From positions 124,001 through 188,000 of IMG/VR virus record IMGVR_UViG_3300032334_002567: a DNA stretch of 64,000 bases, one strand, 5' to 3'. How positions within the stretch are numbered: the first letter of the stretch is position 1; the number at the start of each line of letters is the position of its first letter. A program made the translations under genes and the position numbers. This document shows positions 57,659 to 64,000 of this stretch, in pieces. The notes under the pieces were generated by a model. The model had not been told where the DNA came from. It searched no databases and was given only the letters and a program-made list of their open reading frames with translations.

Positions 57659-58459
57659 ATGGCGGAAGAAAACAAAATAATGATCAATAGGACAATAAGG
57701 ACCGAGTTATTCGCCAAAAAAGAGGTCGAAATAATAATTCCTTTTTATGGAAAGCACTCGTTTGTAAGCAATTTAGTTCAGGACATTTTTAATACCGTTT
57801 ATTCTAATAGGTACCTTGTTACTTTGGTTGATGACGGTTCTTCCAACAACGAATTTCACACACAAATACAAAAATCTAAGGTTCCTGGCTTACGGTGCTT
57901 AAGACAAAGACAAAATAAAGGTTTTGGATCCTCAATAAACTTTGCTTTGTCAAATCCTTGGATATTTGAAAATAATTCAACAAAAGAAATACCATATGTT
58001 TTATTAATGCACTCTGACGTTTCGCTGGATAGCAAAGATTGGCTTTTAAATTTAGGCAATTTTTTGGAGTCGTTCAAAAAAGATAATGTGAAAATGGTTT
58101 CCCCAAAAACAGATAATCCAGTAGTAGATTTCGATGTCTTAAAAAGCAAAAGGTCTTTTAGTGGAGAAAATTACATTTTAAAAAATGAGTTTTTGCCTCT
58201 TTACTGTGCACTTGCTCACAGAGATCTATTTAAACATGTTGGTTTATTTAAAGAATACCCTTATGCTGGTTGCGAAGCAGAAGAGTTTGCCAAGAGAATG
58301 AATTCTAAAGGTTTTAAGCAAGGAGTTTGTGGTTCTAGCTGGGTTTCTCACATCGGCAGAGGCACACTACAACAATTTGATAAGAATAGAAAAGTCAAGG
58401 AAATATTGCGAAAAGCTAGAGAACAACATGACAAAGATATGCAGAAAACTAATATATAA
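57659..58459 (+). CDS. glycosyltransferase family 2
   Basis: IIIPFY, LVDDGS, NKGF...N, HSD, VGLF, V.H.G. Confidence 0.85.
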   Translation: MAEENKIMINRTIRTELFAKKEVEIIIPFYGKHSFVSNLVQDIFNTVYSNRYLVTLVDDGSSNNEFHTQIQKSKVPGLRCLRQRQNKGFGSSINFALSNPWIFENNSTKEIPYVLLMHSDVSLDSKDWLLNLGNFLESFKKDNVKMVSPKTDNPVVDFDVLKSKRSFSGENYILKNEFLPLYCALAHRDLFKHVGLFKEYPYAGCEAEEFAKRMNSKGFKQGVCGSSWVSHIGRGTLQQFDKNRKVKEILRKAREQHDKDMQKTNI

Positions 58460-58504
58460 TTATGTTGGAGTATAGCTTCAAACATTTATTAAGGAGGATA
58501 TCTC

Positions 58505-58660
58505 ATGAGATGCTTAAAACCAAATGGAACCTACACAACTGCTTCTTGGAAATACTTTTATCCACGTTGCAGCAGAATTGCTCAGGCTCTTGGAATTTGC
58601 AACGGCAAGGCCGGAGCTTGGGTCGCAGCTGTAACAGTCTGTGGCCAAAGATTATTCTAA
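58505..58660 (+). CDS. 51-aa Cys-containing protein (not in the ORF track)
   Basis: AAGGAGG RBS; MRCLKPNGTYTTASWKYFYPRCSRIAQALGICNGKAGAWVAAVTVCGQRLF; TATATA box upstream and terminator downstream. Confidence 0.65.
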   Translation: MRCLKPNGTYTTASWKYFYPRCSRIAQALGICNGKAGAWVAAVTVCGQRLF

Positions 58661-58684
58661 GTTGAAATAAAACTATTCGTAAAT

Positions 58685-58717
58685 AAAACCACTGGGGGAA
58701 ACCTCAGTGGTTTTTTT
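58685..58717 (+). terminator. rho-independent terminator
   Basis: AAAACCACTGGGG-GAAA-CCTCAGTGGTTTT followed by a T run. Confidence 0.85.
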
Positions 58718-58788
58718 GTCTTGATTTTTCTTGTGAATGTGTTATCATTCCTTGGGTTTGTTTTTTTCCATCGAAAAAGGAATTTCTG

Positions 58789-58980
58789 ATGTTAGTTTTA
58801 AGCAGGAAAAAGGATGAAAGTGTTGTTATTGGCGACAATGTCAGAATTTTTATCGTAGACATTAGGGGTGACACCGTTAGATTAGGCATAGAAGCTCCAG
58901 ATCGCATACCAGTGCATAGGAGCGAAGTTTATGAAGCAATAAAGGAAGCTGAAAGAAAAAAGAGCTATGAAAGAACCTGA
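58789..58980 (+). CDS. csrA: carbon storage regulator CsrA/RsmA
   Basis: [15 protein letters not shown]...VRLGIEAP...VHRSEVY. Confidence 0.95.
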   Translation: MLVLSRKKDESVVIGDNVRIFIVDIRGDTVRLGIEAPDRIPVHRSEVYEAIKEAERKKSYERT

Positions 58981-59602
58981 TTTATTGGTTCAAATAGAAA
59001 ACTTATTTTCTTCAATCAATAAATCTTTTTTCTCAGGAAGAATCCAAAAGGTTCCTCTTTGTATTCTTCCACAAGAAAATTTTTTATTTTCTTGGAAAGA
59101 TAATCATTTAAGGCTAGGTTCTGGTGCAAGGTACACTACTAAAGAAGATTTTTTTATTAGTATGTGCCATGAAATGATTCATATTTTTAACCATCAACAA
59201 AGAATCGTTGATGTTGGAAGAAATTTTTATCATAAAAACGCTTTTGCTGACTGTGCTTTGAGTATCGGCTTCATTGTTGTTAAACACAAGGCACAAGGAT
59301 GGTCTGTTCTCAGCACAGAAGTTCCTAGGAACGCCTTACTCCCGCAGTTTATCAGAATTCCATTCACAGAAAATAATTCTAAAATTCTTTGTGAATTAAA
59401 TGCTTTTCAATGGGAAAAAATAGACAGAGGCACCTTAGTCTCAAATTCAAAAAATAAAAAAGCATTTTTTCTAAAATACGAATGTGATTGCCCAAGTCCC
59501 TACAACTCGGTTAGATGTGGAAGGGGCATTAAAAGTTCTAATCCTCTCCGTGCTAAATGCTTGGTCTGTGGGAGCATTTTTAAAATTTGCGATAGCAATT
59601 AG
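58967..59602 (+). CDS. SprT-like metalloprotease with zinc ribbon
   Basis: N..FF.G, HEMIH, YH...F, YECDC ... CLVCG. Confidence 0.7.
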   Translation: MKEPDLLVQIENLFSSINKSFFSGRIQKVPLCILPQENFLFSWKDNHLRLGSGARYTTKEDFFISMCHEMIHIFNHQQRIVDVGRNFYHKNAFADCALSIGFIVVKHKAQGWSVLSTEVPRNALLPQFIRIPFTENNSKILCELNAFQWEKIDRGTLVSNSKNKKAFFLKYECDCPSPYNSVRCGRGIKSSNPLRAKCLVCGSIFKICDSN

Positions 59603-59773
59603 AATCTGGGCTGTTTGGGGTTTATGCGGCAGATTAGAGGCAAAAAATCTCAGTATTTTTCGGGAAAAATGGACTTAACAAGCTAAAAATCTGTGCTATC
59701 ATATTCCCCCAGCCAACCAAAGGATTTCAAGGTGGTAGGCTACCTTAAACTGGGGAGGGAGGGTTAAATCACT

Positions 59774-60409
59774 ATGAAGATTATTTTCCCGCCCAGACCC
59801 AAAGGCAAAATGCTTCCTACGGATCTTCGTTACTATGAAGAAACTGGAGATTGGGTAGCACAAAGAAAGTTTAGGGGCAGCAGAATAGTTCTGCATATTT
59901 CTTGCAATAAAGAAGTTACTGTTGGGACTAGACACGGCACTGCTTTTTCAAAATTCCAGTTTGAAAGCAAAAGGCGGGATGAGCTATTAGATAGCTTGAA
60001 TCTTGAGCAAAACAAAGAATATTGGCTTGATGGTGAATTAATGAACAAAGACATTAATGCCACCAATGAAATAATTTTCTTTGATGTGTTGCAAGCTGGC
60101 AGATACTTGTTTTTTAAGCCAACGCAAGTTGAGCGACTTGAAATTTTGAATTCAATTTGTGGAAGCCCCACAAAAAAGAGTAGGTCAGGAATCGCATTAG
60201 AGATATCGCCATCTCACTGGATGGCTGAAACTTTCTATGACAACTTTTCTTCTAGATTTGATGAATCTTTAGACAACCCACAGCTAGAAGGATTATTGTT
60301 AAGAAAAAAGAATGTCGGTATTGAGAGTTTGGGTGAAAAGGAGTATGAAACAACCAACTTGATACGCTGCCGCAAACCCTTTTCAAAAACCAAGGGATAC
60401 GAATTTTGA
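59774..60409 (+). CDS. stand-alone ATP-dependent ligase-type nucleotidyltransferase domain
   Basis: QRKFRGSR, LDGEL, FFD, EGLLLRKK, RCRK; no OB domain. Confidence 0.7.
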   Translation: MKIIFPPRPKGKMLPTDLRYYEETGDWVAQRKFRGSRIVLHISCNKEVTVGTRHGTAFSKFQFESKRRDELLDSLNLEQNKEYWLDGELMNKDINATNEIIFFDVLQAGRYLFFKPTQVERLEILNSICGSPTKKSRSGIALEISPSHWMAETFYDNFSSRFDESLDNPQLEGLLLRKKNVGIESLGEKEYETTNLIRCRKPFSKTKGYEF

Positions 60410-60451
60410 TTTTTTGATTTCTTCAACCTTTACAGAAAAAAGGACTTTTCG

Positions 60452-61984
60452 ATGAAAAAGGCAAATTCTTTCGGTTTAATTGACGGTATTGAACATCTCC
60501 ACGGTTCCCTCTTCAAAGTTAAATTTTCAAAAATTATAACCACCGACAAAGTGGAAGAATCTTCGGATTATGTATTTTCTAACCCAAGACTTTTAACGCA
60601 GAACGGCACCGAAACCCTTACAGATAGGTCTTTGTCTGCGGACCTAAGGGAAAACATTAAGCACAGAACGCTTTTGAATCCCTTGATTTGCCGTTGGGTT
60701 GGCGATAGTGAAAATGCACACCCCCAGCTTGTTGGTGGTGATCGTAGGTATAGAGCCTTGGACTATCTCATCTCTAAAAAAGAGATGGTAATTGATCCAA
60801 GAGAAAGCAAATTTGGAGAAACTACTTCTGAAAGAGAAATGGTTTCTGCTGACATTGCATACGAATACGTTGTCTGCCAGATATTTAGCTGTGCAAGCGA
60901 TCTTGAAGCTGCAACGCTCGCATGGGCAGAAAATAAGAATCGCATCAACCTGACGGACGGTCATGAAGTGGCTGCTGTGCGGGAATTCCGTTTGTATGGA
61001 GCCAGTGACGATCAGATTCTTGAAATCCTGCAAAGAGATTCAAAATGGCTTCATGAAACAGATGAACTTCTTGAAAAAATTGACGAAGATACGTTGTCTC
61101 AGCTTTGTGAAGACAAAATCAAGAGAAGCGTAGCCTCCCAACTTTTAAAGATTGACGATCTTGAAAAGAGATCGGAAGTTTTAAGTGCTGCTATTGTCAA
61201 TGCACAGGAAAGCCATAAGGCTAAAACCTCAAAGTTGGACAAACAGCTAGACGCAATTAAAAATAAAAGAGGTAGGGCTGAGACAAAAAAAGTTATTGCA
61301 GAAAGTAATAACGATGAAACCTTGCTTCGACAGTCAAAGAAGGTCATTGACAGGACTGAAGAACGAGAAAAAGAGATTCAGAATAAGAAATCGAAGACAA
61401 AGCCAATCGCTTCTTCCAAAAATTTGAAGCAAGCTATGGCCGAAGTTGGTGTTGAAGAAAATTCAAACGCCAGAGCCGGTATCAAGAGTATTAAGAAAGT
61501 TTTGGCCACTATCCAGTCAATTATCGATAAGGATGGTGTTGTTGATATTCTTGGTGAAGACGTCTCTTTTCAGCTTGATCCAGTTTACTTGGAATTATTG
61601 AAGCTTGTTTTAGAAAACCATGCGCTCAAAGATTCTGATAGTCTAAAGGATACTCTGGATCAGTGGCGGGAAGAATTTCCAGAAGCTGTTGATGCCCATA
61701 GTGCTGTTGTAGAGCAAGAAATTGTAATTGTAGATGAGGATGAGGATGAGGATGAGGATGAGGATGAGGATGAGGATGAGGATGAGGATGAGGATGAGGA
61801 TGAGGATGAGGATGAGGATGAGGATGAGGATGTAGAAGACGAAGACGAAGACGAAGACGAAGACGAAGACGAAGACGAAGACGAAGACGAAGAACTGATC
61901 AGCAGCGAATCAGACGATGAATTTTATGATGATTCTTCTGAAGAGCTTGAAAGCCTTGTACAAGATGAAGAAGACGAGGACTAA
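60452..61984 (+). CDS. ParB/Srx N-terminal-domain protein with coiled coil and long Asp/Glu tail
   Basis: NPR, LLNPL, LVGGDRRYRA, AEN..R..L. Confidence 0.7.
   Translation: MKKANSFGLIDGIEHLHGSLFKVKFSKIITTDKVEESSDYVFSNPRLLTQNGTETLTDRSLSADLRENIKHRTLLNPLICRWVGDSENAHPQLVGGDRRYRALDYLISKKEMVIDPRESKFGETTSEREMVSADIAYEYVVCQIFSCASDLEAATLAWAENKNRINLTDGHEVAAVREFRLYGASDDQILEILQRDSKWLHETDELLEKIDEDTLSQLCEDKIKRSVASQLLKIDDLEKRSEVLSAAIVNAQESHKAKTSKLDKQLDAIKNKRGRAETKKVIAESNNDETLLRQSKKVIDRTEEREKEIQNKKSKTKPIASSKNLKQAMAEVGVEENSNARAGIKSIKKVLATIQSIIDKDGVVDILGEDVSFQLDPVYLELLKLVLENHALKDSDSLKDTLDQWREEFPEAVDAHSAVVEQEIVIVDEDEDEDEDEDEDEDEDEDEDEDEDEDEDEDEDVEDEDEDEDEDEDEDEDEDEELISSESDDEFYDDSSEELESLVQDEEDED
61733..61891 (+). 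repeat. perfect hexamer repeats (GATGAG)16.5 then (GACGAA)9 encoding poly-DE
   Basis: Directly visible in the sequence. Confidence 0.95.
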
Positions 61985-61986
61985 AG

Positions 61987-62580
61987 GTGTTTGAGCCCAA
62001 AATTATTGATGACGTTTTGTCTTCTGAGGAATTAGAATTAATTTCTCTGTTTCTATCCAACTTAGGCCACTGGTCCCAGTCGAATGGGGGTGGCCTAAGT
62101 TGGCAGGGAAGGATCATTCATGACTACAACGTATTCGAAGTAAACAATCAGTTGGGTCTTTTGTTGGCAAGTTTTAGAAATAGATTCCAGAAAGCTATTT
62201 CTGAAGCATACCAACTCAAGGACTTGATTTATCCTGATACATTTGAAATTGTTCGTTGGGATGTTGGGTCTGAACAATCGCCTCATTGGGATGATATGGT
62301 CGGGACTACCGCATCGGAGGAACACCTTCAATGGTGCAAGCACAGGGCTTATGGCTCTGTGCTTTATTTAAACGACGATTATACAGGTGGAGAAACTTAT
62401 TATTCAAATTATGATTTCCAAATAACACCAAAAGCTGGTCGTTTGGCTGTGCATCCGGGTGATAAGAACCATGCACACGGAGTTCGTAAGGTATTAGGAA
62501 AAACTAGATATACTATTGCATCTTTTTGGACTTTCGATAAAAATTTTGAAGATATATGGATTCCAAATATAAATTCTTGA
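61987..62580 (+). CDS. 2OG-Fe(II) oxygenase
   Basis: PHWD, YLNDDYTGGE, HGV..V..RYT..FW. Confidence 0.88.
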   Translation: MFEPKIIDDVLSSEELELISLFLSNLGHWSQSNGGGLSWQGRIIHDYNVFEVNNQLGLLLASFRNRFQKAISEAYQLKDLIYPDTFEIVRWDVGSEQSPHWDDMVGTTASEEHLQWCKHRAYGSVLYLNDDYTGGETYYSNYDFQITPKAGRLAVHPGDKNHAHGVRKVLGKTRYTIASFWTFDKNFEDIWIPNINS

Positions 62581-62638
62581 CTATTTGCTGCCATTTATTT
62601 ATTTTTCATTTTATTTAATATATATCTGCGGAGGGATC

Positions 62639-62911
62639 ATGAAAACATTTAGAGAATGGCAATTAAAAACAAACGAATCTGCGGATTATTCCGATTTGTT
62701 TGATGCCGTCACCAAAGAAGGTGCGAAGCAGCAAATAAGCCAGATACTAGATGAGCACCCAGAATTGGTGGATGGAATAAAGAATTTTAAGCAGAATGAA
62801 CCAGAAAAGTTCAAAAGAAGTATTAGTAATTTTAACAATAATAGCGTTGATTTAAATCTTTTGATTAAATTATCGAAGGGTAAGTTTCTCGGCTATTACG
62901 ATTGGATGTAA
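62639..62911 (+). CDS. hypothetical protein with CTS-like N-terminus
   Basis: GGAGG RBS, then MKTFREWQLKTNE; TATATA box upstream. Confidence 0.6.
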   Translation: MKTFREWQLKTNESADYSDLFDAVTKEGAKQQISQILDEHPELVDGIKNFKQNEPEKFKRSISNFNNNSVDLNLLIKLSKGKFLGYYDWM

Positions 62912-62914
62912 AGT

Positions 62915-63199
62915 GTGATAGGTGTTTGCCCTAGTTGTGGTTACAAACTAAACAACAAACTAAATGATGGTTTGTCAAATTGCATCAATTGCAATTGTGT
63001 CTTTAGTTCCACCGTTTTTAATGAGCTTTTAGCTGCCGCATGGCAGATAAGAAAAAACAATCTAACCATTGAGCAGGCACAAGAACAGATTAAAATAGAT
63101 AAAGACTTTATTGTTTTTGCTTTTTGCTTTGCTTCTCTTTTTGAATATTCGCATGATGAGTTTCTTTCTTTATTAAAAAAACTTGGTATCAAAAATTGA
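62915..63199 (+). CDS. zinc-ribbon hypothetical protein
   Basis: CPSCG and CINC. Confidence 0.55.
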   Translation: MIGVCPSCGYKLNNKLNDGLSNCINCNCVFSSTVFNELLAAAWQIRKNNLTIEQAQEQIKIDKDFIVFAFCFASLFEYSHDEFLSLLKKLGIKN

Positions 63200-63250
63200 T
63201 CGACTAGTTTGTTTCTGCTAAAATCTTCCTCGCAACCCGAGGACGCAGAA

Positions 63251-64000
63251 ATGAATGGAATAAGAATTTTTGGTCTAGGATCAAGCCTCAAATATGCAGA
63301 TAAAATTTCTGGTATTCTCGGTGTAAAAAGAACTCCACATATTGAACAATTTCACGATGACGATGAACCTTACGTTTTATCTCAGGAAAACGTAAGAGGT
63401 TGTGACGTTTTTATTGTTTCTAGTCTGCACTCATGCAATGAGGAAAGACTAGCAGACAAATTTTTAAAATTAATCTTATTTGCACGTTCTTTAAGAGATG
63501 CATCTGCAAAAAGAATAACTTTGGTGGTTCCTTATTTTGCTTTTCAAAGACAAGATAGAAAAACAGAAAGCAGAGCACCCGTATACACAAAGTATATTCC
63601 TGAAATAGTAGAAGGATTGCTAAGGCCAGATGATAGAATTTTAACTATGGATGCACACAATTTAAGTGCATACCAGAGCGGCCTCAGGATGATGTTGGAT
63701 CATCTAGAGGCAAAACCACTAATAGCAGACTGGTTTAGTCGTTCTGTTAATAGACTTTGGCCCGATCTAAATTTAGATAATTTGTGTTTTGCCTCCCCAG
63801 ATGAAGGTGGAGTTAAGCGAATAGGCTATTATCGGAAAAAAGTTCAATCAATAATGGGAATTTCAATTTCCACTGCATCTGTCTACAAAACGCACGAAGG
63901 AAGAGACATACATGCCCACGGAGTCATGGGCAACGTTGAAGGAAAAGATATTTTTCTTGGTGACGACATGATTTCTTCCGGTACCACCCTTGTAAAGGCT
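63251..64000 (+). CDS. prs: ribose-phosphate pyrophosphokinase (partial, runs off the right edge; not in the ORF track)
   Basis: Manual translation: ENVRGCDVFIV, SAKRITLVVPYFAFQRQDRK, TMDAH, SPDEGGVKR, DDMISSGTTL. Confidence 0.93.
   Translation, partial: MNGIRIFGLGSSLKYADKISGILGVKRTPHIEQFHDDDEPYVLSQENVRGCDVFIVSSLHSCNEERLADKFLKLILFARSLRDASAKRITLVVPYFAFQRQDRKTESRAPVYTKYIPEIVEGLLRPDDRILTMDAHNLSAYQSGLRMMLDHLEAKPLIADWFSRSVNRLWPDLNLDNLCFASPDEGGVKRIGYYRKKVQSIMGISISTASVYKTHEGRDIHAHGVMGNVEGKDIFLGDDMISSGTTLVKA

Noticed and set aside
58462-58665. 67-aa ORF from the track
   Set aside because: The alternate-frame ORF 58505-58660 has the strong RBS and better fits the unit.
1-64000. Stop-codon recoding (alternative genetic code)
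   Set aside because: Conserved proteins are full length in code 11 and end in TAA, TAG or TGA; the Trp tRNA has a normal CCA anticodon.
1-64000. Cellular (bacterial) chromosome
   Set aside because: Housekeeping genes are isolated from their usual operons and embedded among small hypothetical ORFs, HNH nucleases and phage-type families. No capsid or terminase gene is in this window, so phage identity remains an inference.

Overview
This AT-rich, gene-dense window (standard code 11; TAA, TAG and TGA all used as stops) looks like part of a very large lytic dsDNA phage genome (jumbo/huge-phage type) rather than a cellular chromosome. It mixes many short hypothetical ORFs with isolated host-like genes. 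Replication/DNA: a DnaE polymerase split into two ORFs about 9 kb apart, DNA ligase, a methyltransferase, a ParB-like protein and HNH nucleases. Translation: tmRNA, tRNA-Asn, tRNA-Trp, bS21, IF-3, peptide deformylase and CsrA. Transcription: a sigma-2-only sigma factor and a stand-alone RNAP alpha-CTD. Chaperones: GroES-like, DnaJ, thioredoxin. Metabolism: a TPP-dependent keto-acid decarboxylase, aldehyde dehydrogenase, RmlB, RmlC, glycosyltransferases, PhoH and Prs. Main unexplained signals: (1) about 13 unrelated, scattered proteins share an N-terminal M-x(0-3)-F-x-x-[WYF]-..-E tag resembling the T4 capsid-targeting sequence, and nearly all lie just downstream of a TA(A/T)ATA box resembling the T4 late promoter, often as apparently leaderless genes. 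This is a candidate system for packaging effector proteins into the head. (2) Three promoter-associated, multi-branched intergenic RNAs that I cannot assign to a known family. (3) An intein-less split DnaE with a duplicated, degenerate palm segment. All calls come from reading motifs by eye; no database searches or folding programs were run.
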